A stretch of 64,000 nt of DNA. It comes from Pseudomonadota bacterium (lineage in GTDB: Bacteria; Pseudomonadota; Gammaproteobacteria; GCA-002705445; GCA-002716945). Below, one piece after another: positions 27,250 through 38,591 of this stretch. Position 1 is the first letter of the stretch. Every line of letters starts with the position of its first letter. The stretch lies in contig JAYZKL010000018.1 of the NCBI GenBank assembly GCA_036163455.1, positions 3,595 through 67,594 on the forward strand, written 5' to 3'. Both the position numbers and the translations under genes were made by a program. The notes beneath the pieces are model-generated. The model did no database searches. It was not told the origin of the DNA and saw only the letters and a program-made list of their open reading frames with translations.

Positions 27250-28393
27250 AAATATAAAGAAAGCATTACTAATTAGTGAAAGCAGAGGTATAGATAATAT
27301 TTTTGTGATCTGTATTAGTATATTATCACTTATTGGTCTAATCATGGTTGCATCATCAACTTTAGATTATTCTATGCAAACATATAAAAATGCATTCCAT
27401 CTTACTATTAGGCATTCTATATACCTTGCATTAGGGTTATCTGTAACTTTTTTATTAGCAAGAGTAAAATTAAGTTTTTATGATGACTATAGCAAAATAA
27501 TCCTCTTATTTGCTTTTATTATTTCACTTCTTGTTTTTATACCAGGTTTAGGAAAGACAATTAAAGGTGCTACGCGTTGGATAGATCTAGGTATATTTAC
27601 TGTACAAGCTGCTGAGGTATCAAGATTATTTATACTTATTTGGGTATCAAGTTATATAGTTAGAAAAGATACTGAGAAATCATTTAACAAACCATTAATT
27701 TTTGTAATTATATTATCAACCATAATTTTGTTACAAAATGACTTTGGAAGCGCAGTTGTGCTGGTTTCAAGTTTCCTTGCTCTATCATTTATTTCTGGGA
27801 TTGATTTGAAAAAATTTATGATTTGGTTATCTGTATTTTTATTTTCAGCCTTATCAATCGCATTTCTGACCCCATACAGATTAAAAAGGTTACTTAGTTT
27901 TATGAATCCATGGGAAGATCCTACTGGAGCTGGATTTCAACTTATAGCATCTGAACTGGCATTTAGCAAAGGAGGTTTTTTTGGTCTTGGATTAGGCTCT
28001 AGCGTCCAAAAGCTTTTTTATTTACCTGAATCATATAATGATTTTATTTTTGCAATAATTGCTGAAGAATTAGGACTATTTTTTATATTTTTTGTTATTA
28101 TTATTTTTGTTTTACTTTTATTTCGGATATTTATTTTGGCAAAGCAATCTGCAAATAATGAAATGATGTTTGCGTCTTATTTGTCCTATTCAATAGGATT
28201 TCTAATTCTAATCCAAACACTAATACACATGTCAGTCAATGTAGGAATTATGCCAACAAAAGGGATGGGGCTACCCTTTATAAGTTTTGGAGGAACAAAT
28301 ATATTAGTGATGTTTATTTGTGTTGGTATTTTAATTAGAATACAAATTGAGAATAGAAAAAAAATAAGTCAAGCTGTACAAAGGAGCTATTAA
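27239..28393 (+). CDS. ftsW: Peptidoglycan glycosyltransferase FtsW (SEDS family)
   Basis: Ten-TM SEDS protein with GATRWIDLG and DFIFA motifs. dcw position. Confidence 0.85.
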   Translation: MLSENIKKALLISESRGIDNIFVICISILSLIGLIMVASSTLDYSMQTYKNAFHLTIRHSIYLALGLSVTFLLARVKLSFYDDYSKIILLFAFIISLLVFIPGLGKTIKGATRWIDLGIFTVQAAEVSRLFILIWVSSYIVRKDTEKSFNKPLIFVIILSTIILLQNDFGSAVVLVSSFLALSFISGIDLKKFMIWLSVFLFSALSIAFLTPYRLKRLLSFMNPWEDPTGAGFQLIASELAFSKGGFFGLGLGSSVQKLFYLPESYNDFIFAIIAEELGLFFIFFVIIIFVLLLFRIFILAKQSANNEMMFASYLSYSIGFLILIQTLIHMSVNVGIMPTKGMGLPFISFGGTNILVMFICVGILIRIQIENRKKISQAVQRSY

Positions 28394-29475
28394 TGACTGA
28401 AAAATTTATTTCAATACTTGCCAGTGGAACAGGCGGCCATGTCTATCCAGCATATACTATAGCGAATGAATTAATTAATAAAGGATATAAAATTATTTGG
28501 ATAGGAACAAAAAGTGGTATAGAAAATGCAGTAATTAAAAATGAAGCAATAAAAATTAAGCATATCGATTCAGCTGGAATAAGAGGTAAATCCTTCATTA
28601 AGAAAGTTTCTGGTTTTTTTCTTTTAATCAAATCTATATTTCAAGCATACTATATTTTGAAACAATATAAGCCAGTTTTGGTTATAGGGTTTGGTGGATA
28701 TGTCAGCGTCTCAGGATCATTTATTTCTTATCTTTTAAAGATTCCCTTAATCATTCATGAACAAAACTCGATTGCAGGCACTGCAAATAAAATTAATTAT
28801 TTTTTTTCTAAAATAGTATTTGAAACTTTCCCCAATAGCTTTAGTAAGGTAGAGAAAAAGATTATACATACAGGGAACCCTGTTAGAGATATATTTACAA
28901 ATCTAGAAAAGCCTGAAGACAAATATATTTCTCATAACCCATATTTAAATATTCTTACAATTGGGGGAAGTCAAGGGTCATCCTTTTTTAATGAATGTTT
29001 GCCATTTGCGTTTTCATATTTTAATAACCAGAATATTTCTATTAAACATTTATCTGGAAAAGGTAACAAAGATTTGCTAGAGGAGAGATATAAAAAATAT
29101 AAAATTGAAGCAGAAGTTATAGAATATTCTGATGATATGGATACATTATATAATTGGGCAAGTTTAATTATCTGCAGAGCTGGATCTACGACAATTTCAG
29201 AAATTTCAAAAGTAGGAAGAGCTGTAATCCTTGTGCCATTTCCTCATGCAACCGACAACCATCAATTCTATAATGCAAATTATTTAGCTAATCAGTCAGC
29301 ATGTATACTTTTAGAACAAACTGAGACGTTTGTAGAAGATTTTGTAAATACAATAAATATTCTGCTTAATAATCAGAAGAGAATGTATACGTTATCCAAG
29401 AATATACAAGAAGTTTTCCCAAAAAAATCCTTAGAAACAATTCTCAATACATCAATAAAGACCATCAATGAATAA
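28393..29475 (+). CDS. murG: UDP-N-acetylglucosamine--N-acetylmuramyl-(pentapeptide) pyrophosphoryl-undecaprenol N-acetylglucosamine transferase
   Basis: GT28 family, N-terminal GGTGGHVYPA motif. Overlaps the ftsW stop. Confidence 0.85.
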   Translation: MTEKFISILASGTGGHVYPAYTIANELINKGYKIIWIGTKSGIENAVIKNEAIKIKHIDSAGIRGKSFIKKVSGFFLLIKSIFQAYYILKQYKPVLVIGFGGYVSVSGSFISYLLKIPLIIHEQNSIAGTANKINYFFSKIVFETFPNSFSKVEKKIIHTGNPVRDIFTNLEKPEDKYISHNPYLNILTIGGSQGSSFFNECLPFAFSYFNNQNISIKHLSGKGNKDLLEERYKKYKIEAEVIEYSDDMDTLYNWASLIICRAGSTTISEISKVGRAVILVPFPHATDNHQFYNANYLANQSACILLEQTETFVEDFVNTINILLNNQKRMYTLSKNIQEVFPKKSLETILNTSIKTINE

Positions 29476-30847
29476 TTCCTTTGATCAAATCAAAAATTTA
29501 AAAAAGATACATTTCATAGGTATTGGTGGCTCAGGGATGTACGGAATTGCAGAAGTGTTGCTTAATTTAGGTTGTTCTGTATCAGGGTCTGATTTGGTGC
29601 AAAGCACTATAACAAGGAGATTAAGATCTTTAGGAGTTAAAATTTTTACTAAACATTCTGTATCAAATCTTAAGAATGTAGATTTGATTGTTTATTCAAC
29701 TGCTATTAAAAAAAATAATCCTGAATTAAGATTTGCTGAAAAAAATAAAATCACCATTATACCAAGAGCAAAAATGCTAGCTGAACTGATGAGATTCAAG
29801 TATGGAATTACTGTTGCTGGCTCTCATGGGAAAAGTACAACTACTAGTTTAATTAGTTGGATTTTAGCTGAAAGTAAACTTGACCCTACATATATTGTAG
29901 GAGGGAAACTAAAAAGCAGCAATAATCATGGTAGATTAGGTCATGGAAAATATCTGATTGCTGAAGCAGACGAAAGTGATTCAAGCTTCCTATATTTATC
30001 ACCAGAGCTTGGGGTTGTAACAAATATTGATAATGAACATCTTGATAATTATGATAATGATTTCAAGAACCTTCAGACAGCATATTTAACCTACATTAAC
30101 AATATACCTTTTTATGGACGAGTATTCTTGAATGGTGATGATAAAAATATTAGAACTATAATAAATAAAATTAATCGATCAATAGTAACCTTTGGGTTTA
30201 AATATGAAAATGATTTTTATGCAAAAAATATTGTTTATAACAAAGATGGGATGAGTTTTTCAATTTTTAATAATAAATCAACATATAAAATAAAAACTAA
30301 ACTTTTTGGTAAGCATAATATTTTAAATATACTTGCCTCTTTTTCAATTTCACTATTCTTAAAGATCCCATCAAAAAAAATTATACAAGCAATTAAGAGT
30401 TTTGAAGGAATTTCAAGAAGGTTTGATATATATAATAATTTTAAATCAAAATTTGGTGAATATACCTTAATAAATGATTATGGACATCACCCTACTGAAA
30501 TTAAATATACCGTTGAAACAATAAGGGAAGTCTGGAAAGATAAAAAGATTTTTATGATTTTTCAGCCTCATAGATATACCAGAACAAAAAACTGCCTTAC
30601 TCAATTTATAGAAGTTCTCTCAAAGGTTGATAAAGTAATATTGACAGAGACCTATTCAGGTGGAGAAAGAAAGACAAAATTTTCATCATATTTTTTATAT
30701 AATAAATTAAAAGAACATAATATAGATTGCCAATATGTTAAAGACATTGATAAAATCCCTGATAAACTTAAAAATTTATTTGAAAATGATAATATAGTAT
30801 TGGTCCAGGGAGCTGGAAATATATCCCAAGTAATAAAATTATTATAA
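29468..30847 (+). CDS. murC: UDP-N-acetylmuramate--L-alanine ligase
   Basis: HFIGIGGSGM and GSHGKSTTT motifs. Confidence 0.85.
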   Translation: MNNSFDQIKNLKKIHFIGIGGSGMYGIAEVLLNLGCSVSGSDLVQSTITRRLRSLGVKIFTKHSVSNLKNVDLIVYSTAIKKNNPELRFAEKNKITIIPRAKMLAELMRFKYGITVAGSHGKSTTTSLISWILAESKLDPTYIVGGKLKSSNNHGRLGHGKYLIAEADESDSSFLYLSPELGVVTNIDNEHLDNYDNDFKNLQTAYLTYINNIPFYGRVFLNGDDKNIRTIINKINRSIVTFGFKYENDFYAKNIVYNKDGMSFSIFNNKSTYKIKTKLFGKHNILNILASFSISLFLKIPSKKIIQAIKSFEGISRRFDIYNNFKSKFGEYTLINDYGHHPTEIKYTVETIREVWKDKKIFMIFQPHRYTRTKNCLTQFIEVLSKVDKVILTETYSGGERKTKFSSYFLYNKLKEHNIDCQYVKDIDKIPDKLKNLFENDNIVLVQGAGNISQVIKLL

Positions 30848-30848
30848 T

Positions 30849-31712
30849 ATGGAAACTCTTCATAGAGATAAATTATCAAAACATACTACTATTCGTTTAG
30901 GTGGGATAGCAAATAAAATTTGTTTTCCTAAAAATATAGAACAATTTCAAGAATTGTTACTTTCATTACCATCCAAAAGATTTATTATAATTGGAAATGG
31001 ATCTAACATTGCATTTAGAGATGGCGGCTATGATGGAATAGTGATAAGTTTAAAAAAATTTAATAGAGATTTAATATTACTTGATGAGAAAAAAATTGTT
31101 GTTGGAGCTGGAGTATCTTGCTCAAAATTCTCAAAATTTCTTCATAAAAATAAAATTTCTGGATTTGAATTTCTTCATGGTATACCTGGTACAATTGGAG
31201 GATCGATGGCAATGAATGCAGGAGCTTTTAAAAATTCAATTTGGGATAAAATCTCAAAATATAAAATCATCAATAGTGATGGCAATATTAAAACTTTCTC
31301 AAGAAGACAAATCTCTACTTTTTATAGAAAAGTTAATATAAATAGGAAATCATACTTTGTAGAAGCAGAATTCCTAATTGATCGAACTATTAAATTTCAA
31401 AAAAAATTAATTTTAGAATATGCTCTTAAAAGAAAAATATCTCAACCAGTCAATCAATTTTCTTCTGGCTGTATATTTAAAAACCCTAATTCCAAACATT
31501 CTGCAAGCTATTTAATTGAGAAATCTGGGCTTAAATCTGCAAGAATTGGAGGAATTTATGTATCAAAAAAACATTCTAATTATTTTATTAATGATGGAAG
31601 AGGAACTTGTAATGATTTAGAGAAATTAATTACATTTGTAAAAAATAGGATTAAAAAAGAACATAATGTGAGTCTTGACTGTGAAATTCATATATTTGGG
31701 AATAAGAAATAA
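30849..31712 (+). CDS. murB: UDP-N-acetylenolpyruvoylglucosamine reductase
   Basis: FAD-binding PCMH-type domain (GNGSNIAF) and C-terminal MurB domain. Confidence 0.8.
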   Translation: METLHRDKLSKHTTIRLGGIANKICFPKNIEQFQELLLSLPSKRFIIIGNGSNIAFRDGGYDGIVISLKKFNRDLILLDEKKIVVGAGVSCSKFSKFLHKNKISGFEFLHGIPGTIGGSMAMNAGAFKNSIWDKISKYKIINSDGNIKTFSRRQISTFYRKVNINRKSYFVEAEFLIDRTIKFQKKLILEYALKRKISQPVNQFSSGCIFKNPNSKHSASYLIEKSGLKSARIGGIYVSKKHSNYFINDGRGTCNDLEKLITFVKNRIKKEHNVSLDCEIHIFGNKK

Positions 31713-31718
31713 CTAGAC

Positions 31719-32633
31719 ATGACTAATCATAAAGAAAAATGCATTGGAATTATATGTGGAGGATGGTCTAAAGAACGAGAGATTTCTCTTTCTAGTGGCA
31801 CTACAACTTATAATTGTCTTAAAGATAATGGGTATAATGCATTTTTTTTAGATATCAAAGAGAATGACAAAAATATATTAATCAATTTTATTAAAAAAAA
31901 TTCAATTGAATTAATTTTTAATCTTGTCCATGGCACAGGTGGTGAAGATGGATTAATCCAATCATATTTGGATGAAATAGGAATAAAATATATTGGTTCA
32001 GATTCCGTATCATCAAAGGAATCATTTGATAAAATAGCGACTAAAAATATTTGGCGCACTAATCAATTGCAAACCCCTGATTACAAGGTTTTGGAAGATG
32101 GCTTGAACTATGAAGATATTGTTGAAAAGTTTGGTAATAATTTTTTAATTAAACCAATAAAATCTGGATCTAGTGTTGATATTGAAATTATAAAATCACA
32201 ACTACAATTTAATAATTATATAGAAGATAAAAATAATATAGGTGAATATTTTGTAGAAAAATTAGTAAGTGGAGATGAATATACTGCGCCAATAATATGG
32301 GAAGAGGTTTTTCCTATAATAAAAATTGAAACCAAAAGAGAGTTTTATGATTATCAAGCAAAATATTTTGATGAAAATACAATCTTTACATTCCCCAGTT
32401 TTAATAAAGAGGATTTAGAAAATATCCATGCTACTGTCAAAAAAGCATTTTCTATAATTGGCTGCACTGGATGGGGTAGAGTTGATTTTTTTATAGATAA
32501 TAATAAAGAAATTGAACTTATAGAAATAAACTCTATACCTGGGATGACAGATCATAGTTTAGTTCCAATGTCAGCAGAAAAAAACAATCTTACTTTAATT
32601 GAACTTTTAGAAAAAATTTTATTTAATTTATGA
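31719..32633 (+). CDS. ddl: D-alanine--D-alanine ligase
   Basis: ATP-grasp Ddl motifs (IGIICGGWSKEREISL, HGTGGEDG, EINSIPGMT). Confidence 0.85.
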   Translation: MTNHKEKCIGIICGGWSKEREISLSSGTTTYNCLKDNGYNAFFLDIKENDKNILINFIKKNSIELIFNLVHGTGGEDGLIQSYLDEIGIKYIGSDSVSSKESFDKIATKNIWRTNQLQTPDYKVLEDGLNYEDIVEKFGNNFLIKPIKSGSSVDIEIIKSQLQFNNYIEDKNNIGEYFVEKLVSGDEYTAPIIWEEVFPIIKIETKREFYDYQAKYFDENTIFTFPSFNKEDLENIHATVKKAFSIIGCTGWGRVDFFIDNNKEIELIEINSIPGMTDHSLVPMSAEKNNLTLIELLEKILFNL

Positions 32634-33295
32634 AAGTTATTTCAAAATATCTAATTCTGGTTCTAATTGTAGTTAGTGTATATATGTTTTTTAATTATAC
32701 TCAGGTGATTGGATCATATCCAATCAAAACCATTAGCTTTAAAGGCGATTTTATTTATGCTAATGAAAATAAAATACGAAAACAATTACGGTCACTTATT
32801 GGACAAGATTTAATAAAAATTGATATTTTGAAGATTAAAGACAATGTAAAAGAAAATGATTGGGTAAGTAATGTAATTGTTGAACGCAGATTACCTGATA
32901 CATTATTTATTGAAATATTTGAATATCGGCCTATTATTATTTGGAATAAAAACTATTATATAGATGATAAAGGTAAAAAATTTAGAGTAAAACAGAATAT
33001 TGTATTAGATTTACCTAAAATCAGAAGTAATATTTTAAATTATAAGACTATGTATAATCTCTATATAAACTTATCAGAAATGCTGAATGAAATTGATTTA
33101 AAAATAATTTCAATATCTCATGAAAATGATATGCTCGATATTCATACAGATAGGTATAATTTTCTAGTTAGATATTCGCTGTATTCTCAAAAAATAGATG
33201 AATTTATCCATGTTTTTGAGCAATTTCAAAATAAAAACAAGAAAAATATTCAGACCATTGATCTCAGATATCCAACTGGTTTTGCTGTTCATTAA
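32630..33295 (+). CDS. ftsQ: Cell division protein FtsQ
   Basis: Bitopic protein with an N-terminal TM helix followed by a POTRA-like region. dcw position between ddl and ftsA. Confidence 0.7.
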   Translation: MKVISKYLILVLIVVSVYMFFNYTQVIGSYPIKTISFKGDFIYANENKIRKQLRSLIGQDLIKIDILKIKDNVKENDWVSNVIVERRLPDTLFIEIFEYRPIIIWNKNYYIDDKGKKFRVKQNIVLDLPKIRSNILNYKTMYNLYINLSEMLNEIDLKIISISHENDMLDIHTDRYNFLVRYSLYSQKIDEFIHVFEQFQNKNKKNIQTIDLRYPTGFAVH

Positions 33296-33321
33296 ATAAG
33301 TTATAATGATAAAATAAGATA

Positions 33322-34575
33322 ATGATCAATAACCTTGATAAGAGAGAAGCCATTGTAGCCTTAGATGTTGGAACGACGAAAATCCTTTGTCTTGTTGCTG
33401 ATTATAATGATGATGGAAAGCTCAGGATTGTAGGAATTGGCGATGAACCTTGTGATGGACTTGAAAGAGGCGTCATTTCTGAAATTCAAACTACAGTTTC
33501 TAGTATCAAGCGTTCTGTTAGCAAAGCAAGAAGTATTTCATCTCACAAAATTGAATCAGTAACTACGGGTATAGCTGGTAGCCACATACAATGCTTTAAT
33601 GCTAATGCTGAAATTAATATAACAAATGATGAGGTTACAAACGAAGATAAAATAAAGGTTGTTGAGAATGCTAGAGATATACAAATTCCTAATGATCAAG
33701 AAGTGCTTCATGTTATACCTCAATACTATTCAATTGATGGACAGATTGGAATAAGGGAACCAATAGGAATGGCTGGTGCAAGATTAGGGGTAAATGTGCA
33801 TATAATAACATCTTCAACTACAGCTAAAAAGAATTTAACCAAATGCATAGAGAACAGTTTACTGGATGTCGACCACTTTGTCTTAGAACCCGTTGCTTCT
33901 AGTTATTCTGTTTTAACCGAAGAAGAGCGTTCCCTTGGTGTCTGTTTAGTTGACATTGGGGGCGGAACAACAGATGTGGCAATTTTTACAGATGGAACAA
34001 TTAAGCATACATCTGTTATTCAGATTGCAGGCCAAATGATAACTAACGATATCAAAATTGGTTTACGGACTTCAACTGAAGCGGCTGAAGAAATAAAAAT
34101 ACAACATGGCTCTCTAATAAATAACCCTGAAGATAGCGAAAAGATGATAAAAGTACCTTCTATTTCAGATAAACCTGACAATGAAGTTAGCCTAACTAAT
34201 TTAAGTCATATTATAGGATGCAGGATTGATGAAATTTTTGAAAAAATACAGGTAGAAATCGAAAATAGTGGTCATTCTAGTAAAATTAGATCGGGAATAG
34301 TTTTTACTGGTGGAGGTGCAAGATTATCTGGACTTGATGATTATGCTGAAGCAAAATTTTCATGCCCAGCAAGAATTGGTGCACCAGCGAATATTCCAGG
34401 AATTGGAAATGTAAGTGGAAAAGCTAGGTACTCTACTGCAGTTGGTCTTCTACTCTACAGGGAAGAAAAATTAATGAACATGCCTCATAGAAGTTCACTA
34501 GAAGATAATCCCATATTATCCTTTATTAATAATTTTTGGACTAAACTATCTGGATATTTCCATAAAGAACTTTAA
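33322..34575 (+). CDS. ftsA: Cell division protein FtsA
   Basis: Actin-fold motifs (VALDVGTTKI, CLVDIGGGTTDVAIF). Confidence 0.9.
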   Translation: MINNLDKREAIVALDVGTTKILCLVADYNDDGKLRIVGIGDEPCDGLERGVISEIQTTVSSIKRSVSKARSISSHKIESVTTGIAGSHIQCFNANAEINITNDEVTNEDKIKVVENARDIQIPNDQEVLHVIPQYYSIDGQIGIREPIGMAGARLGVNVHIITSSTTAKKNLTKCIENSLLDVDHFVLEPVASSYSVLTEEERSLGVCLVDIGGGTTDVAIFTDGTIKHTSVIQIAGQMITNDIKIGLRTSTEAAEEIKIQHGSLINNPEDSEKMIKVPSISDKPDNEVSLTNLSHIIGCRIDEIFEKIQVEIENSGHSSKIRSGIVFTGGGARLSGLDDYAEAKFSCPARIGAPANIPGIGNVSGKARYSTAVGLLLYREEKLMNMPHRSSLEDNPILSFINNFWTKLSGYFHKEL

Positions 34576-34679
34576 TACATTAATTTTGTCATAAATATAG
34601 GGGTATTTACTTATAATTTGGCTGTTTTTCCTTAACAAATATATTGAAAAACAATATACTTTATTAACTGCTTATAATT

Positions 34680-35606
34680 ATGATAAAACAACGTACACTA
34701 TCAAATAAAATTAAAGCAACTGGGGTGGGTCTTCATACAGGACAGAAGATTAACCTCACTTTGAATCCTGCTCCAGTCAACACAGGCATAAGGTTCAGGA
34801 GAATTGATGTAGATTTGGCTGAACCAGAACATGATTCAGTTAAAGCATCATTAAAAAATGTCCACGATACAAGATTATCAACTACCCTCTCTAATAAAGT
34901 AATTCAAATTTCTACTGTTGAACATTTGCTATCAGCAATGGCTGGTCTTGGTATAGATAACGCTTTGGTAGAACTTGATGGTCCAGAAGTTCCTATTATG
35001 GATGGTAGCTCAAGACCTTTTGTTTTCATGATTCAGTCAGCAGGCATACAAGAACAAGCATCGCCAAAGAAATTTATAAAAATTAAAAAAACTGTAGAAG
35101 TTAAGGAAGGTGAAAAATGGGCGAGAATAGAACCATTTGAAGGATTTAAAGTTGCATTCACAATTGATTTTAAGCATCCAACTTTCACAGAAACATCACA
35201 ATCAGCTGAAATAGACTTTTCTACAGTTTCATATCTAAGCCAAGTGAGCAGAGCCAGAACTTTTGGTTTTGCTAAAGACATTGAAATTTTGAGAAAAAAC
35301 AACCTCGCTCTTGGTGGTAGTGTTAATAATGCTGTTGTTATTGACGACTATAAAGTTATAAATGAAGAAGGATTAAGATTTGAAGATGAGTTTGTAAAAC
35401 ATAAAATTTTAGATGCAATTGGAGATCTTTATCTCTTGGGCCATGGTTTGATTGGCTCATTTTCAGCTTATAAATCAGGACATCATCTAAATAATCTATT
35501 ATTGCGTGAATTAATCAATAATTCAGAAGCGTGGGAAGAATTCATTATTGAGAATGAAGAAGACGCGCCAATTTTTTATACCAAGCCAGTAGAAGTAAAG
35601 CCTTAA
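34680..35606 (+). CDS. lpxC: UDP-3-O-acyl-N-acetylglucosamine deacetylase
   Basis: MIKQRTL, GVGLHTG, EHLLSA and HHxNNxLL motifs of LpxC. Confidence 0.9.
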   Translation: MIKQRTLSNKIKATGVGLHTGQKINLTLNPAPVNTGIRFRRIDVDLAEPEHDSVKASLKNVHDTRLSTTLSNKVIQISTVEHLLSAMAGLGIDNALVELDGPEVPIMDGSSRPFVFMIQSAGIQEQASPKKFIKIKKTVEVKEGEKWARIEPFEGFKVAFTIDFKHPTFTETSQSAEIDFSTVSYLSQVSRARTFGFAKDIEILRKNNLALGGSVNNAVVIDDYKVINEEGLRFEDEFVKHKILDAIGDLYLLGHGLIGSFSAYKSGHHLNNLLLRELINNSEAWEEFIIENEEDAPIFYTKPVEVKP

Positions 35607-35872
35607 TTATTAATCACAATTTTAAAATCTGCTATATTTAGGGAGTTATTTTTTCTAAATATATCCAAATATTTATTTCTTTCAAATTTTAAAACAGTGG
35701 CTATTGAACTATTTTTACAGCCCACTACAATGACATCTCCTTTTATATTGATAATTTCTATTTGGCCAGCAATATCTTGTGGAAAATTATTGTTTACAAA
35801 CTGATTTAAATTCTTTATCAATATGCTTTTATTAAGAATATTATCAGGAAGAAAGGATGAAATTTTTTTCAT
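35603..35872 (-). CDS. Hypothetical small protein (possibly DUF721-like) convergent with lpxC
   Basis: 89-aa ORF overlapping the lpxC stop by 4 nt. Many proteobacteria carry a small conserved ORF on the opposite strand between lpxC and secA. No motif recognised. Confidence 0.3.
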   Translation of the reverse strand: MKKISSFLPDNILNKSILIKNLNQFVNNNFPQDIAGQIEIINIKGDVIVVGCKNSSIATVLKFERNKYLDIFRKNNSLNIADFKIVINN

Positions 35873-35949
35873 AAAAACCTAAAATTATTATATCATGATA
35901 AGCCAATAGGCAGTCTATATGTTAATATATATTTAACGCTAATATTTAA

Positions 35950-38589
35950 ATGATACCACAAATAGTTAAAAGTTTATTTGGTTCCAGAAACAGTCGTTTA
36001 CTCAAGAAATATCGCCCTTTAGTAGATAAGATAAATGACTTAGAAGAAAAATATACCTCTTTGAAAGATGAAAACTTTCCATCTGAAATGGAAAGACTTA
36101 AAAAATCTTACCTAGAATCAAATAATTTGGAGAAATTACTTCCAGATGCTTTTGCCCTTGTTCGTGAAGCATCAAAAAGATCCTTGGGTTTAAGACATTT
36201 TGATGAGCAATTAATTGGAGGGATTGTGCTTCATGAAGGTAAAATTGCAGAAATGAAAACTGGAGAAGGTAAAACACTGGTAGCTACATTGCCAGCATTT
36301 TTAAATACACTTACAAGTAAACCAGTATTTATTGTAACAGTTAATGATTATCTTGCTCAAAGAGATTCAATATGGATGGGAAAATTATTTAATTTCGTAG
36401 GTCTATCAGTTGGTACTATAACAAGCGGTTTAGATTCTGAAGCAAAGAAAGAAATGTATAACAGGGATATTGTTTATGGGACAAATAATGAATTTGGGTT
36501 TGATTATTTAAGAGATAACATGGTTTATCATATTAGTCAGAAGGTACAAAGTGAAATGTCTTATGCGATTATTGATGAAGTAGACTCCGTTTTAATTGAT
36601 GAAGCTAGGACACCATTAGTTATTTCTGGATCCGCTACAGAGAGCAGCATGCTTTACCAGCAAATTAATAAATTGACCAATTCTTTAATAAATCATAAAA
36701 ATAACGATAATTTATATAAAATTGATGAAAAACAAAAGAGCGCATCTTTAACAGAAGAAGGTCATAATGAAATAGAAAAACTTTTGTTATCAAATAATCT
36801 AATTACAAGCACATCTAGTTTATATGATCCAAAAAATATTTCTTTACTCCATTACATAGACTCATCACTAAAGGCAAACTTAATTTATAAAAAAGATATT
36901 GATTATGTAGTTGAAGATAATCAGGTTGTAATCATAGATGAATTCTCAGGAAGAAAGATGCCAGGAAGAAGATGGTCAGAGGGTCTTCATCAAGCAGTTG
37001 AAGCAAAGGAACAAGTGAAAATTCAAAATGAAAATCAAACATATGCATCAATAACATTTCAAAATTATTTTAGGTTATTCAAAAAAATATCAGGTATGAC
37101 TGGAACGGCCGATACAGAGGCAGTTGAATTTCAACAAATTTATAATCTAGAAGTAGTTGTGATACCAACAAATAAAAAAATGATTAGGAAAGATGAGGTA
37201 GATTTAGTTTTTATCACTGCAAAAGAAAAATATAATGCCATAATTGACGAAATAATTGAAAAAAATAAGACAGGGCAACCTATTCTTGTTGGTACTACAT
37301 CAATTGAGTCATCTGAATACTTATCCAAAATTCTTAAAGAGAAAAAACTGGAACATTCAGTGTTAAATGCAAAATATCACCAAAAAGAAGCTGAGATTAT
37401 TGCTCAAGCAGGAAAATTAAATACAATTACAATAGCTACGAATATGGCAGGAAGAGGTACTGATATAGTTTTAGGAGGCAACTACCTTTTTAATACAGAC
37501 AATCTAAAATCAGAAGAAATTTCAAAATTAAAAAAACAATGGGAAGAGAATAGCGAAAAAGTAAAACAGTTGGGAGGATTATACATAATAGGTACGGAAA
37601 GACATGAATCAAGAAGAGTCGATAATCAACTCAGAGGGAGAGCGGGGAGACAAGGAGATCATGGTAAGTCGAGGTTTTATCTATCGTTGGAAGATAATCT
37701 AATGAGAATTTTTGCTTCAGAGAAAGTTAGTGAAATTATGAAAAAGCTTGGAATGGAAGAAGGTGAATCAATTGAGCATAAGTGGGTTTCAAAATCTATT
37801 GAAAATGCTCAGAAAAGAGTTGAGGCATATAACTTTGATATAAGGAAAACACTTTTGGAATATGATGATATTGCAAATGAGCAAAGAAAAGTTATATATA
37901 ATCAAAGGAATGATGTATTAACCGCATCTGATGTTTATGCTTTATTACAGAATATTATCAGTTTTGAAGCTGAAGATATCATTAGTAGACATTTTCCTCA
38001 AGATTTACCAGTTGCTCAGTGGAACACAGAGGAGCTTAACACTTATTTAAATGAAGAGTTTTTAATAAATAAAGATTCAAAAATAATACTAAATGCTTCT
38101 GAAGAAAAGCCAAGAGACAATATCATAAACTTTGTGAAAGAAGAACTAAGGAAAAGAATAGATCTTAATTTAAGTAATCTGAATAGCGAAGATAAAAATG
38201 AACTTATTAGAAATATTTTATTAAGCGTTATTGATGAAGACTGGAGATTACATTTGAATGCAATGGATCATTTAAGACAAGGAATAGGGTTGAGAGGTTA
38301 TGCAGCTAAGAATCCTAAAAATGAATATAAAAGAGAATCATTTGAGATGTTTGAAGAAATGTTAGCTATTAATAATCATGAAATTGTAAAAACATTGAGC
38401 AAAATCAAAGTAAAAAATAAACCTACTGAAGAGGTTGCTAACCCATCATCATCTGATAATCTAACTAAAATATCAAAAAAATCAAATGACCCTAGATGTC
38501 TATTAAATACTACCAACACCCAAATCCCTAGAAATAAAAAATGCCCGGTAACTAATAAGAAATTTAAACAATGTTGTGGTAAATTATAG
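35950..38589 (+). CDS. secA: Preprotein translocase ATPase SecA
   Basis: FGSRN near the N-terminus, DEAD-like motifs, and the C-terminal zinc-binding KCPVTNKKFKQCCGKL. Confidence 0.95.
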   Translation: MIPQIVKSLFGSRNSRLLKKYRPLVDKINDLEEKYTSLKDENFPSEMERLKKSYLESNNLEKLLPDAFALVREASKRSLGLRHFDEQLIGGIVLHEGKIAEMKTGEGKTLVATLPAFLNTLTSKPVFIVTVNDYLAQRDSIWMGKLFNFVGLSVGTITSGLDSEAKKEMYNRDIVYGTNNEFGFDYLRDNMVYHISQKVQSEMSYAIIDEVDSVLIDEARTPLVISGSATESSMLYQQINKLTNSLINHKNNDNLYKIDEKQKSASLTEEGHNEIEKLLLSNNLITSTSSLYDPKNISLLHYIDSSLKANLIYKKDIDYVVEDNQVVIIDEFSGRKMPGRRWSEGLHQAVEAKEQVKIQNENQTYASITFQNYFRLFKKISGMTGTADTEAVEFQQIYNLEVVVIPTNKKMIRKDEVDLVFITAKEKYNAIIDEIIEKNKTGQPILVGTTSIESSEYLSKILKEKKLEHSVLNAKYHQKEAEIIAQAGKLNTITIATNMAGRGTDIVLGGNYLFNTDNLKSEEISKLKKQWEENSEKVKQLGGLYIIGTERHESRRVDNQLRGRAGRQGDHGKSRFYLSLEDNLMRIFASEKVSEIMKKLGMEEGESIEHKWVSKSIENAQKRVEAYNFDIRKTLLEYDDIANEQRKVIYNQRNDVLTASDVYALLQNIISFEAEDIISRHFPQDLPVAQWNTEELNTYLNEEFLINKDSKIILNASEEKPRDNIINFVKEELRKRIDLNLSNLNSEDKNELIRNILLSVIDEDWRLHLNAMDHLRQGIGLRGYAAKNPKNEYKRESFEMFEEMLAINNHEIVKTLSKIKVKNKPTEEVANPSSSDNLTKISKKSNDPRCLLNTTNTQIPRNKKCPVTNKKFKQCCGKL

Positions 38590-38591
38590 CC

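Noticed and set aside
35873-35949. Looked for a secM-like arrest-peptide ORF upstream of secA
   Set aside because: Only 77 bp with no suitable ORF. secM regulation appears absent, as in most non-enteric gammaproteobacteria.
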